From: an uncultured Gammaproteobacteria bacterium
GTDB taxonomy: Bacteria > Pseudomonadota > Gammaproteobacteria > GCA-001735895
Reading direction: 5' to 3'
Length of the DNA stretch: 55,394 nt
Assembly: GCA_963934675.1 (NCBI GenBank)
Contig: CAWVZP010000002.1
Coordinates: forward strand, 1 to 55,394
A program made the translations under genes and the position numbers. Positions 43,238-52,103 of this stretch are shown here, in pieces. The notes under the pieces were generated by a model, which did no database searches, was not told the DNA's origin, and was given only the letters and a program-made list of their open reading frames with translations. Within the stretch, counting starts at the first letter, position 1. Each line of letters opens with the position of its first letter.

Positions 43238-44170
43238 ATGCCATTTGATCTAACCAACTACCTTGTTATCGGAGTCTCTTCACGAGCGCTATTTGACCTA
43301 TCCAAAGAGAACGAAATCTATGAACGTGAAGGATTAGAAGCCTACTGTTGCTATCAACTAGAACATGAAAACGATATCCTCGAGAAAGGTACAGGATTTG
43401 CCCTCATCGAGTCGATGCTTCGAATCAATCGAATCGACGATAATATCAGGCGAACAGAGGTCGTGATCATCTCACGCAACTCTGCAGATACTAGCTTACG
43501 TATTTCAAATTCAATCGACCATTATCAATTGGATATTACGCGTGCGGCATTCACCGGTGGAGAACCAGTGGCAAAATACCTGAATGCATTTGATGTTGAC
43601 CTATTCCTGTCGGCCACTGAAGAAGATGTGCAGGCCGCTGTCGAATCTAACGTAGCCTCTGGATTAATCTATGACGGCCCATCACAAAACTTGCCAGGCC
43701 CTCTAGAGCAGATCCGAATTGCTTTTGATGGTGATGCGGTACTTTTTTCAGAAGAATCAGAAATGATATATCAGCAGCAAGGACTCGAAGCATTTATCGC
43801 ACACGAAAAACTCAATGCTCAAAAACCGCTACCTGAGGGACCTTTCGCCAAATTATTGAAAACGCTATCTTTCCTTCAATTCGATCTTAATAACGAGAGC
43901 CAGACTGGCACACCACCAATACGCACCGCTTTGGTCACCGCTAGAAATAGCCCAGCACATGAAAGAGTCATTCGAACCCTACGGACTTGGAAAGTACGAA
44001 TAGATGAAACGTTTTTTTTAGGTGGTGTAGCGAAAAATAAAATACTCGGTGCTTTTTCGCCCCATATTTTCTTCGATGATCAACACCAACATTGTGATGC
44101 TGCCTCCAAGGTGGTGCCAACTGCAAGAGTTCCCTATAAGGGAGTGGATAAAAAACCAAATTCAAACTAG
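43238..44170 (+). CDS. 5'-nucleotidase, cytosolic-IA-like family
   Basis: The N-terminus VIGVSSRALFDL..EN.I....G...Y and the internal IAFDGDAVLFSEESE / FFDDQ HAD-like motifs fit the bacterial cN-I-like 5'-nucleotidase family as I recall it. Confidence 0.65.
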   Translation: MPFDLTNYLVIGVSSRALFDLSKENEIYEREGLEAYCCYQLEHENDILEKGTGFALIESMLRINRIDDNIRRTEVVIISRNSADTSLRISNSIDHYQLDITRAAFTGGEPVAKYLNAFDVDLFLSATEEDVQAAVESNVASGLIYDGPSQNLPGPLEQIRIAFDGDAVLFSEESEMIYQQQGLEAFIAHEKLNAQKPLPEGPFAKLLKTLSFLQFDLNNESQTGTPPIRTALVTARNSPAHERVIRTLRTWKVRIDETFFLGGVAKNKILGAFSPHIFFDDQHQHCDAASKVVPTARVPYKGVDKKPNSN

Positions 44171-44273
44171 CGCTCTAGACCTTTCAAAATAATCAGACTA
44201 AAGATAGGTACACTAATTAATGCTATTTTAGGCGTCTGTCGAATTTGGAGGCAATCCGACAAACTTCCACAGG

Positions 44274-44690
44274 TTAATCATCGCGGCGCTGTTTTTCCAA
44301 ACGCTCATGTTTTTCCTGCGCTTCAACTGTCAGCGTCGCAATAGGCCGAGCTTCAAGTCGAAACAGGCCAATTTCCTCACCCGTCTCATCACAGAACCCG
44401 TAAGACCCATCAGTCACACGACTTAAAGCTGAATCTATTTTAATCACCAATTTACGGTAACGGTCACGAGTGCGTAGCTCTAGGGCAGCATCGGTTTCTA
44501 ATGAAGCACGATCATTGATATCAGGTTCCTGCCAGTTTTCTTCCTTTAAATGAGAGATAGTATCACTGGATTCCGCTAACAATTCCGCACGCCAAGTGAG
44601 TAATTTTTGACGAAAATATTCGACTTGTGTCTTCGACATATATTCTTCATCGATTGAAGGGGTGTATCCTTCCGGTATTTCAATTGTCAT
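44274..44690 (-). CDS. dksA: RNA polymerase-binding transcription factor DksA (one-cysteine variant)
   Basis: 138 aa with the coiled-coil tip PDINDRA (DxxDxA) and the C-terminal globular region GSYGFCDETGEEIGLFRLEARPIATLTVEAQ. Collinear with E. coli DksA, but only 1 of the 4 Zn-finger Cys is present. Confidence 0.9.
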   Translation of the reverse strand: MTIEIPEGYTPSIDEEYMSKTQVEYFRQKLLTWRAELLAESSDTISHLKEENWQEPDINDRASLETDAALELRTRDRYRKLVIKIDSALSRVTDGSYGFCDETGEEIGLFRLEARPIATLTVEAQEKHERLEKQRRDD

Positions 44691-44913
44691 TGATTCGATC
44701 TCTGTTGTTGAACGCCAATAATCAAAACGCGGCGCAGTATAGGCAGGTTTTGCGCATTCATCAAGTGATCTTATTGTTCATTTAGCTGTTGGTTTATATT
44801 GATCATCCGTGAGTTTACCTTATACAAGCAATTAGACCTGTCTACGTCAATTGGATCTGCAATCCGACCTATAAATAGTGCTCTAGCGCCAGATGACAAT
44901 TGTTCTTTCAGCC

Positions 44914-44944
44914 ATTTAAACATAAACTAGGATTATGTTTAAAT
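44914..44944. repeat. AT-rich inverted repeat upstream of the small-ORF/pilS operon
   Basis: ATTTAAACATA-aactaggat-TATGTTTAAAT has 11-bp perfect arms and lies 41 nt upstream of the 44985 ATG. Confidence 0.5.
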
Positions 44945-44984
44945 TCAATTACTAAATGATAAATAAGGCTGTAAATTAAACACT

Positions 44985-45215
44985 ATGATCTTACGACTGG
45001 TTCTGCTTTTCCTCATTGTCGCGACTGTTTTGTGGCTCCTCAAAAAACTATTTACTGGTGGGGCCGACTCAACTGACGACCCACAAACACCAAAAAATGA
45101 AAGTGAAAACATGCTTCAATGCAGGTTTTGCGGCATTCATTCACCTGAGTCAGTTATTATCAAACATGATAATCAAAACTATTGCTGTCAGGACCATGCA
45201 GATCAAGACCAATAG
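44985..45215 (+). CDS. small membrane-anchored Cys-rich protein (PP0621-like as I recall the family name), overlapping the pilS start
   Basis: 76 aa with an N-terminal TM helix (ILRLVLLFLIVATVLWLL), an acidic/Pro linker, and then C46-x2-C49-x17-C67-C68-x2-H71. Its stop (45213-45215) overlaps the pilS ATG (45196) by 20 nt. Confidence 0.6.
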   Translation: MILRLVLLFLIVATVLWLLKKLFTGGADSTDDPQTPKNESENMLQCRFCGIHSPESVIIKHDNQNYCCQDHADQDQ

Positions 45216-46824
45216 TCAACTACTTGACAATAACGAATTCTCACCCCGCACAGCTAACTGGACTTCAGTTAAATTATTTAACGTTTATCGTCTTGGATTA
45301 GCGTCTATATTTTTTAGCCAAAGCTTCGTAGGTCAATCGCCTTTGCTGAACATTGTGGATCTGGCTCTATATTCATGGGTCAGCCTAGCATTTCTTATTC
45401 TGTCTTTAATATGGGTAATAGCAGCAAAAATTGAAAGGCGTGGATTTGAACAGCAAGTATCACTGCAAATATACAGCGATACTTTTTTAATCATATTAAT
45501 TATGCATGCTTGCGGTGGCATTTCTAGTGGTTTGGGTATGCTCTTGATCATATCTATGGCTGTCACCAGTTTGCTCGGCAAGCAATCGCTTTGCCTCATA
45601 TTTGCTTCATTGGCATCGCTTGGTTTACTGGCAGAATATATTTACTCACTGACCTATATCAGCGACTACTCAGGTAATTCGACTCAGGTCGGCATCCTTG
45701 GAGTAACCTTATTCGCAACTGCAATTGTTACCCACAAGCTCACATTACGATTACGAAGTAGCGAGCAACTAGTGCAACAAAAAGAACGTGATGTTGCACT
45801 ACTATTTGCGCTAAACCAAGAAATAATCGAGAATTTACAAGCAGGCGTTATCGTCCTCACGAAAAGCAGATTAGTTCGACACGTCAATAACACCGCACGC
45901 CAAATGCTGAATATGACGCCAGACTCATCAATATCACTGGAAGACAGTCAACCTAAAATTCTCGACGCGCTTGATCAATGGCAGGAATCGACACGACGAG
46001 ACGCTCCTTTTCTGCCCTCCCAAACCGGCCTTGATAATTTGCAAATCAGCTTTCGATTGTTAGAAAGCAAAGGTCAAGAAAACACGTTAATATTTTTAAA
46101 CGATGTATCGTTGATAAAAATCAGCATGCAACAAGCGAAGCTAGCGTCATTGGGCCACCTGACGGCTAGTATCGCTCATGAAATCCGAAATCCGTTGGGT
46201 GCTATTTCACATGCTGCAGAATTGTTAGCCGAAAATAAAGACCTACCAAAAGCTGAAAAACGTATGACTGAAATCATTCATCAGCACACGGGCCGAATCA
46301 ATCATATTATCGAAGATATTCTAAAGATATCTCGCGGTAGACCGACCGTTATGGTGGACATTGACCTGAAACAATGGATGCCTGAATTTATTGAAGCCTT
46401 TTGTATTAGCGGGGAGTCGAATTCCGATTGCTTTAACCTTGATATATTTATCAAAAATTCGATTATTATATTTGATAACGGCCATCTAAACCAAATAATG
46501 ACTAATCTTTGCAACAATGCCCGAACGCACGGCAACATTGAGAAACCAACTTATGTAAAAATTTACCATGACCAACGTCAGGCACTCAATATAGAAATAG
46601 CGGATGAGGGGCCTGGTATTGATCAATTCAGTCTCGATAAAATTTTTGAGCCATTCTACACAACAAGCCATCAAGGCTCGGGGCTGGGTTTATATATTGT
46701 CAATCAATTGTGTGAACTAAACAATGCTACTATTAGTGTTAGGCAAAACCACTATGGAGGCACTAGTTTTTGTATTATGCCAAAAACACACTTCTCACCA
46801 AAACTGAATAGTCATCACAACTAA
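45196..46824 (+). CDS. pilS: type IV pilus two-component sensor histidine kinase PilS
   Basis: N-terminal region with about 6 TM helices (LFNVYRLGLA...), a PAS-like linker, the H-box SIAHEIRNPLGAISHAAELL, and N/G boxes (NLCNNARTHG, DEGPGI, GSGLGLYIV). I prefer the ATG at 45196. The ORF-track start at 45016 is a TTG lying inside the upstream small gene in another frame. Confidence 0.9.
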   Translation: MQIKTNSQLLDNNEFSPRTANWTSVKLFNVYRLGLASIFFSQSFVGQSPLLNIVDLALYSWVSLAFLILSLIWVIAAKIERRGFEQQVSLQIYSDTFLIILIMHACGGISSGLGMLLIISMAVTSLLGKQSLCLIFASLASLGLLAEYIYSLTYISDYSGNSTQVGILGVTLFATAIVTHKLTLRLRSSEQLVQQKERDVALLFALNQEIIENLQAGVIVLTKSRLVRHVNNTARQMLNMTPDSSISLEDSQPKILDALDQWQESTRRDAPFLPSQTGLDNLQISFRLLESKGQENTLIFLNDVSLIKISMQQAKLASLGHLTASIAHEIRNPLGAISHAAELLAENKDLPKAEKRMTEIIHQHTGRINHIIEDILKISRGRPTVMVDIDLKQWMPEFIEAFCISGESNSDCFNLDIFIKNSIIIFDNGHLNQIMTNLCNNARTHGNIEKPTYVKIYHDQRQALNIEIADEGPGIDQFSLDKIFEPFYTTSHQGSGLGLYIVNQLCELNNATISVRQNHYGGTSFCIMPKTHFSPKLNSHHN

Positions 46825-46852
46825 AAATAAAACAGAGCCATTAAGCATAAAA

Positions 46853-48184
46853 ATGACAAAACAGCGCATATTAGTAGTCGATGACGAACCCGACATTCGT
46901 GAGTTACTCGAGATCACATTATTACGAATGGGATTAGAAGCCCATTGTGCAGCGGACTTTAGCACCGCAAAAATGTGGTTAAAAGAAACGGAGTACGACC
47001 TTTGTTTAACTGATATGAAGCTACCCGATGGTGACGGCATTACGCTTGTCAAGCATATCCAGCAACATTGCCCTAACACCCCAACTGCCGTTATTACTGC
47101 TCATGGCAGCATCGATATGGCAATCAAGGCCATGAAAGCAGGCGCATTTGATTTTGTCTCCAAACCTGTCTCTCTTGAAACCTTGAGGAACCTAGTTAAT
47201 AAAGCTTTAACGCTGCCCAATAGCATTCAACAAGCCGAGAAATCATCCAGAGCTAAATATAAAATCATAGGTGAATCAAATATTGTTTCTGATCTGCGGC
47301 GGTCAATAGCCAAGTTCGCTCGCAGTCAGGCGCCAGTGTTTATTCAGGGGCAATCTGGAACGGGTAAGGAGCTAGTAGCACGTCAAATTCATTTGCAAGG
47401 CTCACGTGCTGAAGCGCCGTTTATCGCCGTTAACTGTGGTGCAATACCGTCCGAGTTAATGGAAAGTGAGTTTTTCGGGCATATTAAAGGCAGCTTTACA
47501 GGTGCCGTTGGCGATAGTGCAGGCCTCTTTAAAGCGGCACAAGGCGGCACACTTTTCCTAGATGAAATTGCCGACCTGCCATTATCAATGCAAGTTAAAT
47601 TGCTTCGAGTCATACAGGAAAAAACTGTTCGTCCCGTTGGCAGCCAAGAGGAACGGGCAACCGACGTAAGGATTATTAGTGCATCGCACAAGGATCTTGA
47701 AGCTATGGTAAATCAAGGAGCATTCAGACAAGACCTGTATTATCGAATTAATGTTATAGCTGTTGTGGTACCTTCTCTGGCCGAGAGAGAAGGTGATATT
47801 GCACTAATAACTCATCATATTATTGGGAAACTCAATAAAGACAATAATGGGTCAATAAATCTGGAGCTCTCTGCACTCAAAGCGTTACAAAATTACAACT
47901 TCCCAGGTAATATAAGAGAGCTAGAAAATATTCTCGAACGTGCCACCGCATTATGCGATGACAATAGTATCACCACTGAAGACTTACAATTGCCAGGCGC
48001 AGCTTCAACGCCGGTAGTTGAACATCAAGGCTTACGAGAGACCTCTCAGTTAACGGACAAAGAGATAGTAGTGCAGGCCCTAACCCAAAACCGATGGAAC
48101 CAATCAGCCACCGCACGAGCTATAGGTATCACGCTGCGTCAATTAAGATACAAAATGGAGAAGTTAGGACTTAACAAACCCTAA
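46853..48184 (+). CDS. pilR: sigma-54-dependent response regulator PilR
   Basis: Receiver domain (VVDDEPDIRELL...LTDMKLPDGDG), AAA+ domain (GQSGTGKE, GSFTGA in place of GAFTGA, FLDEIADL), and a C-terminal Fis-type HTH (ARAIGITLRQLRYKMEKLGL). Confidence 0.93.
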   Translation: MTKQRILVVDDEPDIRELLEITLLRMGLEAHCAADFSTAKMWLKETEYDLCLTDMKLPDGDGITLVKHIQQHCPNTPTAVITAHGSIDMAIKAMKAGAFDFVSKPVSLETLRNLVNKALTLPNSIQQAEKSSRAKYKIIGESNIVSDLRRSIAKFARSQAPVFIQGQSGTGKELVARQIHLQGSRAEAPFIAVNCGAIPSELMESEFFGHIKGSFTGAVGDSAGLFKAAQGGTLFLDEIADLPLSMQVKLLRVIQEKTVRPVGSQEERATDVRIISASHKDLEAMVNQGAFRQDLYYRINVIAVVVPSLAEREGDIALITHHIIGKLNKDNNGSINLELSALKALQNYNFPGNIRELENILERATALCDDNSITTEDLQLPGAASTPVVEHQGLRETSQLTDKEIVVQALTQNRWNQSATARAIGITLRQLRYKMEKLGLNKP

Positions 48185-48215
48185 CAAAATTGTCAAAACT
48201 TAACAAAATTGTCAA
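48182..48215 (+). promoter_or_regulatory. two perfect 15-bp direct repeats (candidate PilR upstream activating sites)
   Basis: TAACAAAATTGTCAA occurs at 48182-48196 and at 48201-48215, a 19-bp period. Each copy contains a TGTC core. A partial third copy, ACTTAACAAA, lies at 48169-48178. The repeats sit about 90-120 bp upstream of the sigma-54 promoter. Confidence 0.5.
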
Positions 48216-48243
48216 CTATTCACTAAAAAAAAAGACAAAAGAA

Positions 48244-48283
48244 AAACTCATTAAAAACATAACCCATTGTTTTTAATGAGTTT
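48244..48283 (+). repeat. 16-bp-stem perfect inverted repeat between pilR and the pilA promoter (possible pilSR terminator or DNA-bending element)
   Basis: AAACTCATTAAAAACA-taacccat-TGTTTTTAATGAGTTT has a perfect but AT-rich stem, with 3 G:C pairs out of 16. The 3' arm ends in TTT. Confidence 0.55.
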
Positions 48284-48301
48284 AAAATATATAAACAATC
48301 T

Positions 48302-48317
48302 TGGCACTCACCTTGCT
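48302..48317 (+). promoter_or_regulatory. sigma-54 (-24/-12) promoter of pilA
   Basis: TGGCAC-tcacc-TTGCT is an exact match to the TGGCAC-N5-TTGCW consensus. It lies 75 nt upstream of the pilA ATG and directly downstream of pilR. Confidence 0.85.
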
Positions 48318-48391
48318 TTAAAAGAACCATGAAACGACACAAGTCGATTTCTAGTAGAATTTAAACCTATTAATTACAAGAGGCACAAAAA

Positions 48392-48850
48392 ATGAAAAAA
48401 GCACAAGCAGGTTTCACATTAATCGAACTAATGATAGTTGTAGCGATTATCGGTATTTTAGCTGCGATTGCGATTCCGCAGTATGCTGACTATACGCAGC
48501 GTACCAAAGTGGCTGGTGCATTTTCTGGATTAGCAGTATGGAGAACCACCATATCGCTTTGCTACCAGGAACAAGGTAGCTTTACATTGTGTGCCGGTGG
48601 TACTAACGGCGTTCCAGGTGCAGCTGCTACAGATGTTCCTAACTACGTCACCACACTTACACTTGCACCTGCCGCAACCACTTATACAATGACTGTCGTA
48701 ACCGAAGCGGTTAATAAGGCAGGCGCAGCTTTAGGACTAGTATCTATAGCTACACCTCCTGCTGGAGGCGGAGCCGGTACTATGAAATGGGTAACAACTG
48801 GCACAGGTTGTAACTCAACGACTCCAGGGCGCGGACTCGCAAGCTGCTAA
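48392..48850 (+). CDS. pilA: type IVa major pilin PilA
   Basis: Prepilin signature [31 protein letters not shown] (short basic leader, Gly-1, Phe+1, Glu+5). AAGAGG SD 8 nt upstream. Four Cys, including a C-terminal pair (C140 and the terminal C152). Confidence 0.95.
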   Translation: MKKAQAGFTLIELMIVVAIIGILAAIAIPQYADYTQRTKVAGAFSGLAVWRTTISLCYQEQGSFTLCAGGTNGVPGAAATDVPNYVTTLTLAPAATTYTMTVVTEAVNKAGAALGLVSIATPPAGGGAGTMKWVTTGTGCNSTTPGRGLASC

Positions 48851-48886
48851 TAATAGCAACAATCAATTATTTAAGTACATAATAGT

Positions 48887-48913
48887 AAAATGGGCCCTCA
48901 TGGCCCATTTTTT
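48887..48913 (+). terminator. intrinsic terminator of pilA
   Basis: AAAATGGGCC-ctcat-GGCCCATTTT has a GC-rich 7-bp core extended by A:T pairs and runs into TTTTTT. It starts 37 nt after the pilA stop. Confidence 0.85.
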
Positions 48914-49148
48914 GACCTGATACTTTATTAAATTAACCTTAACCTCATTCCATCACTTCGGCATTAAATATTTAATTCACAAGGCAGTAATTAAAAAAAA
49001 TACATATAAACATGGTTAAAAAAATCACCAAAGAAAACCATTACTTGTGCATTCGTCGTGAAACTCCTGACAAAAATTTAGCACTTAATAAAAACTATAA
49101 TATACTCCGCTATGTAAATACGCATACGTTAAAAAGTACGATAAATTT

Positions 49149-50852
49149 ATGGCTGCGACAAACATGAATCTAACGGGTATTGCCAGAACATTGGTAATCG
49201 AAAAATATTTGGATGAAGCCTCGGCCATCGAAGCAATTCAAAAATCTAATAAAGAAAATATTCAGCTCTCTAGCTACCTGCTAAAAAATAAAATAGTTCC
49301 ATCATCTACCCTTGCAATGATTTCATCTCGAAAGTTTGGCTTGCCTGTATTTGACTTATCAGTGATGGACATCGATCAGGCCGCCATAGCACTAGTAGAC
49401 GAAAAATTAATTGCCAGACTCAATGCGGTTCCTCTTTACAAAAGAGGCAACCGCCTATTCGTTGCCGTATCAAACCCAACCAATACACAAGCACTGGACG
49501 AATTCAAATTCAATACCGGCTTATCAACTGAGGCCATTTTAGTTCAAGAGGATCAGCTCGATAAGTTTATTGAAAATGCCATCCGTGCTATGGATTCTGG
49601 CATGGGCGACATGCTCGACGATGACCTAGAAAACCTTGAAATTGCAGAAGAAGAAACTCAGGAATCAGTTACTCAAGCAGATACTGAAGACGCACCTGTA
49701 GTGAAGTATGTCAATAAAATTCTAATCGACGCCATTAACAAGGGTGCTTCAGATATACATTTCGAACCCTACGAGACACGGTACCGAGTTCGATACCGAA
49801 TTGATGGCATTTTATCTGAAGTTGCTTTCCCACCAATCAGCATCGCGGCAAAGTTAACGGCAAGGGTAAAAGTTATGTCACGAATGGACATATCGGAAAA
49901 ACGTGTGCCTCAGGATGGTCGAATTAAACTGAAGTTGTCAAAGAAACGTGCCATTGATTTTCGGGTTAATACCTGCCCAACCTTGTTTGGAGAAAAGGTA
50001 GTATTGCGTATTCTTGATCCTTCAAGCGCGCAGTTGGGCATTGACGCCCTGGGTTATGAACCAGAACAAAAGAAACTGTATATGGATGCACTTTCAAACC
50101 CATATGGCATGATTCTAGTCACAGGTCCGACTGGAAGCGGTAAAACCGTTTCTTTATACACCGGTTTAAATATTTTAAATGTGCCTGAAACCAACATCTC
50201 CACTGCGGAAGATCCAGCTGAAATTAATCTTGAAGGTATTAATCAGGTCAATGTAAATGAAAAGATTGGCCTTACTTTTGCTGAGGCCCTAAAAGCTTTT
50301 TTAAGACAAGATCCAGATGTCATTATGGTTGGTGAAATCCGCGACTTGGAAACCGCAAGCATTGCAATCAAGGCGGCGCAAACGGGCCATCTAGTTCTTT
50401 CAACTTTACATACCAACGATGCACCACAAACACTTACCCGCTTAATGAATATGGGTGTTCCTGCATTTAATATTGCCACCTCTGTTAATTTGATTATTGC
50501 ACAACGACTAGGCAGAAGACTTTGTGGTTATTGCAAAACAATGGATGACTTACCAGAAGATATTCTATTAAATGAGGGATTTACCAAGGAAGATTTAAAA
50601 GAATCACCTAAAATATATAAAGCGGTTGGCTGTGATCAATGCACCAGCGGTTATAAAGGTCGAGTAGGCATATACCAGGTTATGAAAATATCAGAAGACA
50701 TGACTCGACTAATTATGAATGGCGCTAACTCGATTGACCTTGCAGATCAGGCAAGAAAAGAAGGTATTCCTGATTTACGTCGTTCGGCACTTAAAAAAAT
50801 AATGGCGGGGTTAATTAGCCTGGAAGAAGCCAACCGCGTAACTAAGGATTAG
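49149..50852 (+). CDS. pilB: type IV pilus assembly ATPase PilB
   Basis: GspE-N domain, Walker A GPTGSGKT, Asp/His boxes, Walker B (DPDVIMVGEIRD) and a tetracysteine motif (CGYC...CDQC). Confidence 0.96.
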   Translation: MAATNMNLTGIARTLVIEKYLDEASAIEAIQKSNKENIQLSSYLLKNKIVPSSTLAMISSRKFGLPVFDLSVMDIDQAAIALVDEKLIARLNAVPLYKRGNRLFVAVSNPTNTQALDEFKFNTGLSTEAILVQEDQLDKFIENAIRAMDSGMGDMLDDDLENLEIAEEETQESVTQADTEDAPVVKYVNKILIDAINKGASDIHFEPYETRYRVRYRIDGILSEVAFPPISIAAKLTARVKVMSRMDISEKRVPQDGRIKLKLSKKRAIDFRVNTCPTLFGEKVVLRILDPSSAQLGIDALGYEPEQKKLYMDALSNPYGMILVTGPTGSGKTVSLYTGLNILNVPETNISTAEDPAEINLEGINQVNVNEKIGLTFAEALKAFLRQDPDVIMVGEIRDLETASIAIKAAQTGHLVLSTLHTNDAPQTLTRLMNMGVPAFNIATSVNLIIAQRLGRRLCGYCKTMDDLPEDILLNEGFTKEDLKESPKIYKAVGCDQCTSGYKGRVGIYQVMKISEDMTRLIMNGANSIDLADQARKEGIPDLRRSALKKIMAGLISLEEANRVTKD

Positions 50853-50873
50853 TCAAAAAACTCGAGTATAATA

Positions 50874-52091
50874 ATGGCAAAAAACCCGGCAGAAAAAATT
50901 GAGTTTACTTACGAGGGCATTAATCGTGCCGGTACTAAGCTAAAAGGTGAGATATACGCACTGAGTGAAACTCTTGCTAAAAGCCAGCTGCGTAAGCAAG
51001 GCATTAACCCAATCAAAGTTCGGAAAAAGCCACAGCCCCTGTTTGGTGGTGCCGAAAAAATCAAACCTTCTGATATCGCTATATTTGCACGTCAAATTTC
51101 TACTATGATGCACGCTGGCGTACCCTTAGTACAATCGTTTGAAATCATTGGTGAAGGCAACGATAACAAAACAATGCAAAAGATGATTTTTGGCATCAAG
51201 TCAGAGGTCGAAGGTGGGGTTCCTTTCGCTGAAGCGCTAGCTAAACAACCTTTATATTTCGATCAACTATTTGTTAACTTAATTTCTGCAGGCGAGCAGT
51301 CCGGTGCTTTAGAGACCATGCTTGATAAACTTGCAACTTACAAAGAAAAAACCGAAGCATTAAAAGCTAAGGTAAAAAAAGCATTGTTCTATCCAATTGC
51401 GGTATTAATGATCGCCTTTATTGTTACCGTAATACTATTGGTATTCGTTGTCCCAAAATTTGAAGAACTATTTGATTCATTTGGTGCAGACCTGCCCGCT
51501 TTGACACAGTTTGTAATCCATTTATCGGAGTTTATGCAAACTTGGTGGTGGGTCATCGCCGGAGGAGTAACGGGTTCAGTTTATACAATTTTACGCATAA
51601 AGAAGACATCACCAAAACTACAGGAGACCTTTGATCGGATCGCATTAAAGGCTCCCGTCATCGGTGAAATTACTACAAAGTCAGCCATAGCTAGGTTTGC
51701 GCGCACCTTAGAGACCATGTCTGCAGCAGGTGTGCCTCTCGTTGAAGCGATGGACTCTGTGGCAGGTGCCACTGGTAATATTGTCTATTACAATGCCAGT
51801 ATAAAAATTAGAGATGATGTTTCTCAAGGCACCCAGCTGCAGACCTCAATGCGAAATACGGGGCTATTTCCAAATATGGCAATCCAAATGATTTCGATTG
51901 GTGAAGAGGCAGGATCGCTCGATCACATGCTAGCTAAGGTAGCCGATTTTTACGAAAATGAAGTGGACAATGCGGTTGACGCACTCACCTCTCTATTAGA
52001 GCCCATAATAATGGCTGTATTAGGTGTTTTAGTTGGCGGATTAATTATCGCGATGTACCTTCCGATTTTCAAACTTGGTTCTGTTGTATAG
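50874..52091 (+). CDS. pilC: type IV pilus platform protein PilC
   Basis: 405-aa GspF-family protein with two repeated cytoplasmic domains and 3 TM helices. Lies between pilB and pilD. Confidence 0.95.
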   Translation: MAKNPAEKIEFTYEGINRAGTKLKGEIYALSETLAKSQLRKQGINPIKVRKKPQPLFGGAEKIKPSDIAIFARQISTMMHAGVPLVQSFEIIGEGNDNKTMQKMIFGIKSEVEGGVPFAEALAKQPLYFDQLFVNLISAGEQSGALETMLDKLATYKEKTEALKAKVKKALFYPIAVLMIAFIVTVILLVFVVPKFEELFDSFGADLPALTQFVIHLSEFMQTWWWVIAGGVTGSVYTILRIKKTSPKLQETFDRIALKAPVIGEITTKSAIARFARTLETMSAAGVPLVEAMDSVAGATGNIVYYNASIKIRDDVSQGTQLQTSMRNTGLFPNMAIQMISIGEEAGSLDHMLAKVADFYENEVDNAVDALTSLLEPIIMAVLGVLVGGLIIAMYLPIFKLGSVV

Positions 52092-52103
52092 AGGTGTGTT
52101 TAA

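Noticed and set aside
45016-45195. A 60-codon N-terminal extension of pilS in the ORF track (TTG start)
   Set aside because: It lies entirely inside the upstream small ORF in another frame, is not hydrophobic, and has no counterpart in PilS. By eye, PilS homology begins near the ATG at 45196.
49012-49167. A 51-codon ORF (MVKKITKENHYLCIRRETPDKNLALNKNYNILRYVNTHTLKSTINLWLRQT) between pilA and pilB
   Set aside because: It has no SD, a basic low-complexity composition typical of AT-rich spacers, and it overlaps the pilB start. It is most likely non-coding promoter DNA for pilB.
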